Origin: Minisyncoccota bacterium
GTDB taxonomy: Bacteria > Patescibacteriota > Minisyncoccia > Phycocordibacterales > WO2-35-19
NCBI GenBank assembly: GCA_036517255.1
Contig: DATDXE010000015.1
Span: forward strand, 14,568 to 78,567
Length of the DNA stretch: 64,000 nt
Reading direction: 5' to 3'
In this document: in pieces, positions 36,592 through 44,825 of the stretch
Layout of the letters: each line of letters opens with the position of its first letter
Position numbering within the stretch: the stretch's first letter is position 1
Translations under genes and position numbers: made by a program
Notes under the pieces: generated by a model
The model's input: the letters and a program-made list of their open reading frames with translations, nothing else
What the model was told of the DNA's origin: nothing
Database searches by the model: none

Positions 36592-37950
36592 TTAGACTCC
36601 ACTTCTGGATAGTATCACTTTTAGAGTCTTTAGTGCAATTTTGAGGTCGAGCATGAGGGAACGGTTTTTGATGTAATAGAGGTCGTAGGAAAGCTTGCGA
36701 CGAGTCTTAAAAGCGTCGGCAACAACCTTGGGCGGATCGCGATGATATAGCTGAGCCCAACCGGAAAGGCCTGGTTTTATAAGATGACGAACATTGTAGT
36801 AAGGGATTTCATTTTCGTAATTTCTAACTAGAGATACTATCTCGGCTCTCGGACCAATAACTGACATGTCACCTTTTAAAACATTCCAAAATTGAGGCCA
36901 TTCGTCAATTCTAACTGATCTGATAAATTTACCGACTTTGGTGATATGCTGGGCTTCATTCCGCGCCTCGCTACGCACCTCGCTTGCGAGACGGGCGGGC
37001 GACATACTTCTAAATTTCCAGATTTTTATTACCTTATTATTTTTGCCTATCATTTCTTGGGTGAAGAAAATTTTACCTCCATCCTCGATCTTGATCGCAA
37101 GGCCAACCACTATACAGAAAACGATGTTCAGAGAACCGACAATAATACTTATAATTATATCCATAATCCTCTTCAGGGCATCGTAAGCCACATGTGAAGA
37201 AGTGGAAACATTTTCTAAAAACCAATTGTATTTCAGAAGCGAGAGGGGCACTCGATCAAAAATATCTTCATAAATTTTATACATATCGATAAACTTCACA
37301 TCAGCAAAAATTAAATTATATAGATTCGGAAGTATCGGTTCCACCTTTTCATTATGTAGGTCAATAGCGATGATCTGCACCCCTTCGGAATAAACCCGAG
37401 ATATTATTTCGTCTTTGAAATTAAGTGACTCTATTTCGCTCACATCAATCGATGATATGAACTCCAAACCGTAGCGAGGATTGTTATTTACTTCCTCAAT
37501 CAACTCCCTCATTTCTTCCCCCTGACCTACGATGATTCCTTTCTGAACTGTAGCTGGCCTCAAAAGACGCACCCCATAAAGCCTCCAAGCCAGGATAAGA
37601 GCGAAGGAGATAAGGAGGTGTATAAAGAGGATGGTTTTGGGTGCAATTTTGAAATAAGGTATGGAATAAAAGAAAAGAACAGCAAGGAAAGTATTACTAA
37701 TTTGAGCATTGAAAATGGTGCTCGGTAAACGTGTTTTGAGGAGAAGTGTATGCTTTTCATATAAGCCAGTAATGAAGAAGGTTACTATCCATACAGCAGA
37801 AAGGATGGAAAAAGGGAAAGCATGCTGAACAAAGGCTTCCCCAGCAGGAAAAGTGAAATACCTAAAAGCCAAGGCTAAATACAAGGAAAAATAGAAAATG
37901 ACGATATCGCCCAAAAAAAGAAGTAAAGCCTCTTTTCTATTTTGAAACAT
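36592..37950 (-). CDS. polyprenyl-phosphate glycosylphosphotransferase (WcaJ/WbaP-like priming sugar transferase)
   Basis: KRIMDI, KFRSM, RIDEWPQFWNVLKGDMSVIGPR, KPGLSGWAQ, YDLYYIKN. Confidence 0.92.
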   Translation of the reverse strand: MFQNRKEALLLFLGDIVIFYFSLYLALAFRYFTFPAGEAFVQHAFPFSILSAVWIVTFFITGLYEKHTLLLKTRLPSTIFNAQISNTFLAVLFFYSIPYFKIAPKTILFIHLLISFALILAWRLYGVRLLRPATVQKGIIVGQGEEMRELIEEVNNNPRYGLEFISSIDVSEIESLNFKDEIISRVYSEGVQIIAIDLHNEKVEPILPNLYNLIFADVKFIDMYKIYEDIFDRVPLSLLKYNWFLENVSTSSHVAYDALKRIMDIIISIIVGSLNIVFCIVVGLAIKIEDGGKIFFTQEMIGKNNKVIKIWKFRSMSPARLASEVRSEARNEAQHITKVGKFIRSVRIDEWPQFWNVLKGDMSVIGPRAEIVSLVRNYENEIPYYNVRHLIKPGLSGWAQLYHRDPPKVVADAFKTRRKLSYDLYYIKNRSLMLDLKIALKTLKVILSRSGV

Positions 37951-37998
37951 ATATATATTATAACTCCAACTAATTTTTTCTCCTCCTACTCTTCCCTT

Positions 37999-38532
37999 CT
38001 ATTTTTTAAATGGGAAACCAACTGATTTTAAGAAAGCTAAAGTTTTTTCTTTGGAGTTAAGATTGGTGACGATAGTCACTGCAAAACCAAATACATCTTT
38101 CAGCTCTTCATCAGCAGTTTCAGGAAATACCACATGTTCTTTTATGCCTAAAGTATAGTTGCCCATCTCATCGACTCCACCATCCGACAAGCCACGAAAA
38201 TCTTTGGTCCTAGGTAGAGCTATATTTATAAGTTTATCCAGGAAACTCCACATCCTTTCTCCTCGAAGAGTGATTTGGATTCCTACTGTATCCCCCTCAC
38301 GCACCTTGAAAGAAGCCACTGATTGCTTGGCCCCTTTCTTAACCGGACGCTGTCCTGTGATTTTTGAAAGCCTATCAAAAGCTAATTCAATTTTCTTTTT
38401 ATCGGAAAAAGAACCTACTCCAGCATTAATCACCGCTTTCTCTATTCTAGGAGCTTGCATAACATTAACCATCTTAAGTGGTTCTTTGAGTTCCTTGAAC
38501 GAATTTTTTGTTTTTTCTTTAAGAGTTTTCAT
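37999..38532 (-). CDS. rplE: 50S ribosomal protein L5
   Basis: ITGQRP, FKVREG, ALPRTKDFRG; start 38532 or 38559. Confidence 0.96.
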   Translation of the reverse strand: MKTLKEKTKNSFKELKEPLKMVNVMQAPRIEKAVINAGVGSFSDKKKIELAFDRLSKITGQRPVKKGAKQSVASFKVREGDTVGIQITLRGERMWSFLDKLINIALPRTKDFRGLSDGGVDEMGNYTLGIKEHVVFPETADEELKDVFGFAVTIVTNLNSKEKTLAFLKSVGFPFKK

Positions 38533-38561
38533 AATTTTTCCATCTTTACTTCTTTCCATCT

Positions 38562-38777
38562 TTAAATCTTCTTAACATTGCTTACATGTATTGGAAAGGC
38601 CTGATCGACAAGTTGACCCTTCTGCCCTTGCTTCTTAGCTCTGATATGTTTTTTGTGGACATTTACTCCATCCAAAATCACTTTATCAATTTGAGGAAAT
38701 GCTTTCACCACAGAGCCCTGTTTGCCCTTATCTTTTCCCGTTATAACTTGAACCTTGTCGCCTTTTTTGATTTTCAT
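38562..38777 (-). CDS. rplX: 50S ribosomal protein L24 (short, 71 aa)
   Basis: KIKKGDKVQVITGKDKGKQG; PIHVSNV. Confidence 0.95.
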   Translation of the reverse strand: MKIKKGDKVQVITGKDKGKQGSVVKAFPQIDKVILDGVNVHKKHIRAKKQGQKGQLVDQAFPIHVSNVKKI

Positions 38778-38785
38778 ATTTTTAT

Positions 38786-39163
38786 TTATATCACCTCCGG
38801 AGCCATGGAAACAATAGCCTGGTGGCCGGCTTCGGCTATTTCACGAGGGATAGGACCAAAAATACGGTTGGCTCTAGGAACAAGCTCACCCTTCTTTTTA
38901 TCGACGATGATAACAGCGTTCTCGTCAAAGCGAATATACGAACCATCCTTACGACGAAGCGGAGCTTTTTGACGCACTACTAGAGCGGTGAGCACCGCCT
39001 TCTTCTTTATTTCTTTTCTTGGTTCAGCTTTCTGCACCGAGAGAATAACTAGTTCACCAATACCAGCGTATCTTTTCTTGGCGCTACCAAGCACTTTGAA
39101 TATGCGCCCGATTTTAGCTCCAGAGTTGTCAGCTATTTTTACTATTGATCGTGGTTGAATCAT
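38786..39163 (-). CDS. rplN: 50S ribosomal protein L14
   Basis: ADNSGAK; IRFDENA; RIFGPI. Confidence 0.97.
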   Translation of the reverse strand: MIQPRSIVKIADNSGAKIGRIFKVLGSAKKRYAGIGELVILSVQKAEPRKEIKKKAVLTALVVRQKAPLRRKDGSYIRFDENAVIIVDKKKGELVPRANRIFGPIPREIAEAGHQAIVSMAPEVI

Positions 39164-39204
39164 GGTAGTTAATTTAAAGATGAAAAGAAGGAAAAATGGA
39201 AAGA

Positions 39205-39465
39205 TTAAATTACGGTGAAATGCTTGTCTTTAGAAATAGGTTTGGTTTCTTTTATATCGACTTTATCACCTATTTTTTTTGTATTGCCTGCATCGTGAGC
39301 CTTAAATTTTTTAGCTACCTTGTGATATTTCTTATATTTTTCATGCTTCACAAAACGAGTAACTTCGACGACGATAGTATCCTTCATTTTGTCGGAAACG
39401 ACAACACCAGAGAAAATTCTGCCTCCTTTTTTTATGATATTCTGTTTTGTTTCTGTACTATTCAT
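39205..39465 (-). CDS. rpsQ: 30S ribosomal protein S17
   Basis: GVVVSDKMKDTIVV; ETKPISKDK. Confidence 0.96.
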   Translation of the reverse strand: MNSTETKQNIIKKGGRIFSGVVVSDKMKDTIVVEVTRFVKHEKYKKYHKVAKKFKAHDAGNTKKIGDKVDIKETKPISKDKHFTVI

Positions 39466-39469
39466 ATCT

Positions 39470-39667
39470 TTATTTCTTGCTTCTTAACTCTGTTTTTACT
39501 CGAGCGATATCTCTTTTTAAACCTCTGCCCTCTTTGATATTCCTCGACTTACTACCAGCCAAACCAAACCTAAAATCACGTAGAGCCACCTTTTTTTGAG
39601 CAAGCAGGTCATTAAGCTCCGTCGCGCTTTTTCCTTTGATATTCTTCTTTATATCCTTAGTCTTCAT
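39470..39667 (-). CDS. rpmC: 50S ribosomal protein L29
   Basis: Position in the cluster; KRDIARVKT. Confidence 0.92.
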   Translation of the reverse strand: MKTKDIKKNIKGKSATELNDLLAQKKVALRDFRFGLAGSKSRNIKEGRGLKRDIARVKTELRSKK

Positions 39668-39677
39668 TAAAGTAAAG

Positions 39678-40097
39678 TTACACTCGTTCTACTATCTTCC
39701 CTTTCACTGGTAATTTAGTGCCCGCCTTACGCAAAGCCTCTCGAGCCACAGCGGGAGTGACGCCGTCGACTTCAAAAAGAACTTGGCCGGGCTTTACTCT
39801 GGTGTGATAGCCCTCTATCTCTCCCTTGCCCTTACCCATTTTTACTTCCGCCGGCTTTTTAGTAAAAGGCATATCAGGAAAAAGCCTGACCCACATTCGA
39901 CCAGTTTTACCTAGAGTTCTTGAAATTACTTTTCTAGCTGATTCGATTTGATTCGAAGTAACACGACCCGCCGCTATAGATTTGAAACCATGCGACCCGA
40001 AAGAGACATTTAAGTTGCGACTAGCCACTCCGATTTTATCCGGATGTTCCCTGAAAGTATGCCACTTCCTATATTTAACTTTCTTTGGAAAAAGCAT
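39678..40097 (-). CDS. rplP: 50S ribosomal protein L16
   Basis: PKKVKYRK; QIESAR; KMGKGKG. Confidence 0.97.
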   Translation of the reverse strand: MLFPKKVKYRKWHTFREHPDKIGVASRNLNVSFGSHGFKSIAAGRVTSNQIESARKVISRTLGKTGRMWVRLFPDMPFTKKPAEVKMGKGKGEIEGYHTRVKPGQVLFEVDGVTPAVAREALRKAGTKLPVKGKIVERV

Positions 40098-40102
40098 GAT
40101 AA

Positions 40103-40768
40103 TTATTTTTTATCCTTATTAAAAATCTCCCCCTTATATATCCATACTTTTATACCTATTTTTCCGAGGGGCAAAAGAGCTTCATAAAATGCGTAGTCGA
40201 TATCAGCTCTAAAAGTTTGTAGAGGAATGCGCCCAAGTTTTTTTGATTCAACTCTAGCCATATTTGAGCCACCCATGATACCGGAAAGAGTTATTTTTAT
40301 TCCTTGAACATCACGGTTGGCAAAAGCTTTTTCAGCCATCTGCTTCATTACTCTACGGAAAGGCATTCTCTTTTCCAAGCTTTCAGTTATCATCTGCGCC
40401 ACGATCATGGCATTCGACTCAGGGGACTTCACTTCTTTTATATCTATCTTCATTTCTTGCTTAGAAGAAATTTTTCTCCTAGTCATAAACTTCACTACTT
40501 CGGCCCGAAGTTTTTCCATACCTTCACCTTGCCTACCGATGATCATGCCCGGCCGACTTGTTTCGATGATAAGGCGAAATATTTTTTCACTTCTCTCGAT
40601 TTCAATTGAGCTTACAAAAAAGCCTCTCATACGCTTTTTCAAAAATTCCACTATCAAAACATCGGCCCGAAGATTTTCCTTAAATTTATCTTTCGCTCCA
40701 AACCAGCGACTTTTCCAGTCTCTGGTGATGCCTAGCCTATGTGAATATGGGTGTACAGTGTGGGACAT
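40103..40768 (-). CDS. rpsC: 30S ribosomal protein S3
   Basis: RLGITRDWKSRWF; RPGMIIG; PLQTFRADIDY. Confidence 0.97.
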   Translation of the reverse strand: MSHTVHPYSHRLGITRDWKSRWFGAKDKFKENLRADVLIVEFLKKRMRGFFVSSIEIERSEKIFRLIIETSRPGMIIGRQGEGMEKLRAEVVKFMTRRKISSKQEMKIDIKEVKSPESNAMIVAQMITESLEKRMPFRRVMKQMAEKAFANRDVQGIKITLSGIMGGSNMARVESKKLGRIPLQTFRADIDYAFYEALLPLGKIGIKVWIYKGEIFNKDKK

Positions 40769-40769
40769 A

Positions 40770-41138
40770 TTAATTTAATTTTTCCTTCTTTCCATCTTTA
40801 CTTTTTATACTTTCTCCAAGAATAATTTCGATATGGGAAGTACGCTTGCGGACAGGGTGCGCCGCACCATGAGAAACGGGTCGGCGACGATACAAAATGG
40901 CCCCGACATCGACGCTGATTGCTTTCACAACTAAATTACTTTCATTCAAACCTTTGTTTTTCGCATTGGCTATAGCTGAATCAAGAAGTTTGTGCAAAGG
41001 GCCAGTTGCTTTCTTGGTAAGAAAAGTAAGGACTTGTTTTGCTTCTACTATTTTCTTACCCCTGACAGAATCGGCAACCACACGCACCTTCCTTGGAGAT
41101 TGTCTGTAACTATTAAGTTGTGCTGTTGCTGTTTCCAT
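40770..41138 (-). CDS. rplV: 50S ribosomal protein L22
   Basis: QSPRKVRVVAD; SAIANA; KRTSHI. Confidence 0.97.
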   Translation of the reverse strand: METATAQLNSYRQSPRKVRVVADSVRGKKIVEAKQVLTFLTKKATGPLHKLLDSAIANAKNKGLNESNLVVKAISVDVGAILYRRRPVSHGAAHPVRKRTSHIEIILGESIKSKDGKKEKLN

Positions 41139-41151
41139 TTAATTACTCGAA

Positions 41152-41493
41152 CTATTTTTTAGTTTCAGTGGTTGATTTAGCGGCTTGAGCGGCGGAAATT
41201 TCAGCTTCCTTCTTTTTAGCTTCGAGTTCTTTCTGCATTTTACCTCCATGCCTTACGAATTTGCGAGTAGGAGAAAATTCACCCAAACGATGACCTACCA
41301 TATCTTCAGAAATCAAAACTTCTACGTGAACCTTGCCATTGTGAACACCGAAAATGAAACCTACCATTTCAGGAGCGATGACGCAGGCTCGCGACCATGT
41401 TTTAATAACCCCAGTTTCTACAGGTTTCTTGCCCTCGATCTTTTTCAAGACTCGAGGATCAACATATGGGCCTTTTTTCAGTGATCGCGACAT
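41152..41493 (-). CDS. rpsS: 30S ribosomal protein S19 with a C-terminal extension
   Basis: [11 protein letters not shown]; [13 protein letters not shown]. Confidence 0.97.
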   Translation of the reverse strand: MSRSLKKGPYVDPRVLKKIEGKKPVETGVIKTWSRACVIAPEMVGFIFGVHNGKVHVEVLISEDMVGHRLGEFSPTRKFVRHGGKMQKELEAKKKEAEISAAQAAKSTTETKK

Positions 41494-41520
41494 ACAAAAA
41501 ACGCGTGAGCGTTGTTTGGG

Positions 41521-41549
41521 ATATTAACATAAGGTTTTGACACACGCAA
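41521..41549 (-). promoter_or_regulatory. internal promoter for the rpsS-rplE segment
   Basis: TTGCGT(41549)-17 nt-TAATAT(41526, preceded by TGn). Confidence 0.6.
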
Positions 41550-41588
41550 ACCTTAAATAGGGCAAGATGACTCTTTTTAGATTAGGGC

Positions 41589-41663
41589 TTGACATTTAGT
41601 TAAATATGAGTAGGGTGAGCACCAGAGCCCGTCTCAATAGAAGAGGCGGGACGATCGAAGGAG
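41589..41663 (+). promoter_or_regulatory. cassette F promoter, leader hairpin and Shine-Dalgarno
   Basis: TTGACA(41589)-16 nt-TAGGGT(41611); AAGGAG at 41658-41663, ATG at 41673. Confidence 0.7.
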
Positions 41664-41672
41664 AGAAAGAAA

Positions 41673-42254
41673 ATGAAAAATACGCGCTGGGCCATTCTGG
41701 CCCTGATTGCGCTGATTTCGCTCACGGTTTCGCCCGTGAGCGCCCTGCCGGTACTTAGTGTGGAGGTCGGCTTCAGCAACCTGCCGCTCGAAGGAGTTGT
41801 GGCGCCGGTGTCACCGGGAGCAACGGGCATCGATTTTTCGAGCCTGATGCAGTCGGCGCCGGGATGCGCCGGGGCCAACATGGCCCTATGCGGCATGGGA
41901 TCGGTCGTTTTCTCAAGCACCGACTTCGACAGTGGCGTCGCGTTCAGCATGATTCTGGGGCCAAGCCTCACGTATACCACAAGCGGACCGTGGAGCGCGG
42001 CCGGCGGACCGGGAGGAAGCTTCAGCATTAGCACGCTCGGGACATACACCGCTGCAGGGTATGACCCCACGGCCGGAAGCATGAACCTGACGTTTCAACC
42101 CCCGCCAGTAGCAGGCAACTATTCGTTTTCGGCAAGCGGCGCCACATCGCCGGTGCCCGAACCGAGTTCAATCATCTTGATGAGCGGCGGCCTCATCGGC
42201 TTCTACTTCATCAACCGGCGTCACCAGTTCCGGCAACACCAGCGGAAAACCTAG
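41673..42254 (+). CDS. PEP-CTERM sorting domain surface protein (cassette F)
   Basis: N-terminal signal peptide; Ser/Gly/Thr-rich body; VPEPSS-TM-RR C-terminus. Confidence 0.9.
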   Translation: MKNTRWAILALIALISLTVSPVSALPVLSVEVGFSNLPLEGVVAPVSPGATGIDFSSLMQSAPGCAGANMALCGMGSVVFSSTDFDSGVAFSMILGPSLTYTTSGPWSAAGGPGGSFSISTLGTYTAAGYDPTAGSMNLTFQPPPVAGNYSFSASGATSPVPEPSSIILMSGGLIGFYFINRRHQFRQHQRKT

Positions 42255-42283
42255 CGACTTGCGGCAACGCCGGTCGCACAACC

Positions 42284-42316
42284 ATCGGCCCCGAGCAATC
42301 GGGGCTGATTTCTTTT
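42284..42316 (+). terminator. terminator of cassette F
   Basis: ATCGGCCCCGA-GCAA-TCGGGGCTGAT followed by TTCTTTT. Confidence 0.8.
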
Positions 42317-42341
42317 ATAAAAATAAAACTGTTTATAACGT

Positions 42342-42422
42342 TTGACATTGAAGCAAATGTGAGTAGGGTAAGTTTCAGAGTCGGGCCAATTTATAGGATC
42401 CGACCAAGAACCAAGCAAGGAG
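42342..42422 (+). promoter_or_regulatory. cassette G promoter and Shine-Dalgarno
   Basis: TTGACA(42342)-16 nt-TAGGGT(42364); AAGGAG at 42417-42422, ATG at 42433. Confidence 0.7.
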
Positions 42423-42432
42423 AGAGTTAACG

Positions 42433-43077
42433 ATGAAGAAAAATGTTTGTTGGGCCATTCTGGCCCTGATTGCGCTGATCACGCTCACGGTTTCGCCCGT
42501 GAGCGCAACAACGGTGATCGATTTCACCAGCCCAATTTACTCCGGAGCCACCGGAAACACGACCTTCGCCGTCGTCGATCAGGGGATTTTCAACAACCTG
42601 ACGGCAAGCGGCGGGGTCCTGAACTGGACACCCGGGGGCGGACTCGGAATCAACGGGCCAACTTCGCTCGACGATCCGAGCGAAATCGGACTCCTGGAAG
42701 TGCTGGGAGATGGATTGGTTCCACCGCTCATGACCCTTTATGACATCTACCTAGGGGACATCTACACCAGCGAATTTCTGACCGGCACCGAGCAGGCGCA
42801 GTATCGCATCAACGGTGGGGCGTGGATTACCGTGAGCGCAGTCACTCCCACTTCCGGGTCGGGCCTGCTCACGATTTCAGTGAACTTGGACAACGTCTCC
42901 CAGATCGACTTCCGGGCGACGAAGTTGGGTTCCGACTTCAGCGTCCGCGGCTACAGCGCCGAAGTCGTGCCCGAGATGAGTACCATCTTCCTTTCGGGAA
43001 CTGGTCTACTCGGCCTGGGATTGTGGGCTCAGATCAACATCCGGCGCAGGCGGCAACGGGAACAGCAGAAAACCTGA
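42433..43077 (+). CDS. PEP-CTERM-like surface protein (cassette G)
   Basis: Signal peptide nearly identical to cassette F; VVPEMST-TM-RRRR C-terminus. Confidence 0.85.
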   Translation: MKKNVCWAILALIALITLTVSPVSATTVIDFTSPIYSGATGNTTFAVVDQGIFNNLTASGGVLNWTPGGGLGINGPTSLDDPSEIGLLEVLGDGLVPPLMTLYDIYLGDIYTSEFLTGTEQAQYRINGGAWITVSAVTPTSGSGLLTISVNLDNVSQIDFRATKLGSDFSVRGYSAEVVPEMSTIFLSGTGLLGLGLWAQINIRRRRQREQQKT

Positions 43078-43107
43078 ACCTTTGCGGCTTGCAAATGCCG
43101 CACAACC

Positions 43108-43141
43108 ATCAGCCCCGAGAAATCGGGGCTGATTTATTTTT
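43108..43141 (+). terminator. terminator of cassette G
   Basis: ATCAGCCCCGA-GAAA-TCGGGGCTGAT followed by TTATTTTT. Confidence 0.8.
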
Positions 43142-43143
43142 AA

Positions 43144-43159
43144 TCCGCCAGCTGGCGGA
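43144..43159. repeat. perfect 16-bp palindrome
   Basis: TCCGCCAGCTGGCGGA. Confidence 0.7.
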
Positions 43160-43164
43160 ACCCC

Positions 43165-43233
43165 TTTACATTTTAAAAAGTTTATGCTAGGGTCACCTCG
43201 GCCATGAAGTTTGTGGTACTTTGAGAATGAGGT
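43165..43233 (+). promoter_or_regulatory. cassette H promoter and Shine-Dalgarno
   Basis: TTTACA(43165)-17 nt-TAGGGT(43188, preceded by TGn); GAGGT at 43229-43233, ATG at 43240. Confidence 0.65.
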
Positions 43234-43239
43234 AAAGAA

Positions 43240-43893
43240 ATGCTACATCGGAGGCTGTGCCTAGTTGTTTTGATTTTCACTTTACTGGCTGCAGCGGCGA
43301 CTGCAGGACCAATGGTCTATTTCGAAAAGGAAGAGTGGAAGGAAGCGCTAGGGAACAACGCCTCCTATGTGAGCGATAGCCTCAAGGGCGGCCCAAGCGA
43401 GATCTTCGATCTCGAGAGCGGCTGGGAGCTCTCCGGCTATAAGGAGAACGGTTTTTACGACCAGGTGTCGATCAAGAAAGACAACGAGAGTAGCTACTCG
43501 TTGCTCTCCGGAGCTCCTATGTACGCCTGGGGAGCGAATTTCGACACGGCGCCCATGGATCAGGGCAACGGCTTCTGCTTTTCCTTCCAGTACGTCGGAG
43601 GAAGCAGTGATTCGGCCGAATGCTTCAACCGCGATCCCTTTATCCAAGGGTTCGTCGGATTCGTGTTCAGTACCGGAGTCGAGAGCATCGTGCTCCAGAC
43701 TAGTACTGGACCTCACTCCCCGCTCCAGGAAACGTACCTGGTATGGGATATGATCGCAGTGACGAGCATGGGAGGTGGAGGAGGAGGCCCCGGCCCACCA
43801 TCTCCAAGCGAGGTACCGGAACCAGGAAGTCTCGGCCTAATCGGCCTGGGACTGGTTTATTTCGGAATCATGACCCGTCGGAGACAGGAATAA
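43240..43893 (+). CDS. PEP-CTERM sorting domain surface protein (cassette H)
   Basis: Signal peptide ending AATA; Gly/Pro linker; EVPEPGSLGLIGLGL-TM-RRR. Confidence 0.9.
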   Translation: MLHRRLCLVVLIFTLLAAAATAGPMVYFEKEEWKEALGNNASYVSDSLKGGPSEIFDLESGWELSGYKENGFYDQVSIKKDNESSYSLLSGAPMYAWGANFDTAPMDQGNGFCFSFQYVGGSSDSAECFNRDPFIQGFVGFVFSTGVESIVLQTSTGPHSPLQETYLVWDMIAVTSMGGGGGGPGPPSPSEVPEPGSLGLIGLGLVYFGIMTRRRQE

Positions 43894-43917
43894 CGAGTAC
43901 CTTGCGGCAACGCCGCG

Positions 43918-43957
43918 ACGGCCCCCCACCAGTTTGGTAGGGGGCCGTTATATATTA
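43918..43957 (+). terminator. terminator of cassette H, convergent with rplB
   Basis: ACGGCCCCC..GGGGGCCGT followed by TATATATT. Confidence 0.7.
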
Positions 43958-43969
43958 TGATTTTATTAT

Positions 43970-44824
43970 TTAGCCTTTCCTCTGCTTACCTACTTTCCTA
44001 CGAGACACAATAAATTTATTTGAATATTTTTTGACTCGGCGTGATTTTTGGCCTTTGCCAGTCGGTTTGCCCCACATAGAAACAGCTCGCCTGCGGCCCC
44101 TACCTTGACGGCCTTCACCTCCTCCGTGTGGGTGATCCACAGGGTTCATAGCGGTACCACGAACAGTAGGTCTAATGCCCTTCCACCTACTCCTACCTGC
44201 TTTACCATAATTTTCCAACCTTTTTTCTTCATTAGAAACTTCACCGACTGACGCCCAAGCATTTTCACTTACTTTTCGCACTTCAGTCGAAGGCATTTTC
44301 AAATCCACCATCCCCGCATCCTTAGCTAAAACTTGTATAAACACTCCAGCAGAACGACCCAGCTTCGCTCCACTCTTCGGTTTAATTTCTGCATTGTAAA
44401 CAAAAGTACCAATAGGGATATTCTTGAGTTGTAAACGATTTCCTTGTTTCAGTGGAGCGCCTTCTGCAGTTACAAGCTCTTCCCCCACCTTCACTCCTCG
44501 AGGCAATAATACATATCGCTTTTCACCATCTTTATACACGGCGAGGCCGATAAGACCGGTGCGATTTGGATCGTATTCGACAGAAGCTATCTTATAAGGC
44601 ACTCCGATTTTGTCATACTTAAAATCAATCTCTCGCCAAAGCCTTTTTACTCCTGCTCCTTTATGTCTAGTCGTGACTCGACCAAAAGCATTGCGACCAA
44701 CCTTTCTGTGATGACCAGAAGTAAGCGATTTTTCTGGATTGCTTGTAGTGGTAACACCCTTATAGGCGACAACGCTCATGTGCCTGCGTGATTTCGATGT
44801 TGGTTTGTAAGTTTTTATTGCCAT
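43970..44824 (-). CDS. rplB: 50S ribosomal protein L2
   Basis: EYDPNR; RPTVRGTAMNPVDHPHGGGEG. Confidence 0.98.
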   Translation of the reverse strand: MAIKTYKPTSKSRRHMSVVAYKGVTTTSNPEKSLTSGHHRKVGRNAFGRVTTRHKGAGVKRLWREIDFKYDKIGVPYKIASVEYDPNRTGLIGLAVYKDGEKRYVLLPRGVKVGEELVTAEGAPLKQGNRLQLKNIPIGTFVYNAEIKPKSGAKLGRSAGVFIQVLAKDAGMVDLKMPSTEVRKVSENAWASVGEVSNEEKRLENYGKAGRSRWKGIRPTVRGTAMNPVDHPHGGGEGRQGRGRRRAVSMWGKPTGKGQKSRRVKKYSNKFIVSRRKVGKQRKG

Positions 44825-44825
44825 T

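Noticed and set aside
41600-43716. Overlapping antisense or alternate-frame ORFs in the PEP-CTERM block
   Set aside because: Expected by-products of high GC content; no promoter, SD or protein motif.
8833-43957. Cassettes as integron gene cassettes or IS cargo
   Set aside because: Each has its own promoter and terminator; I could not recognise attC sites, terminal inverted repeats or target duplications, and there is no integrase or transposase in the window.
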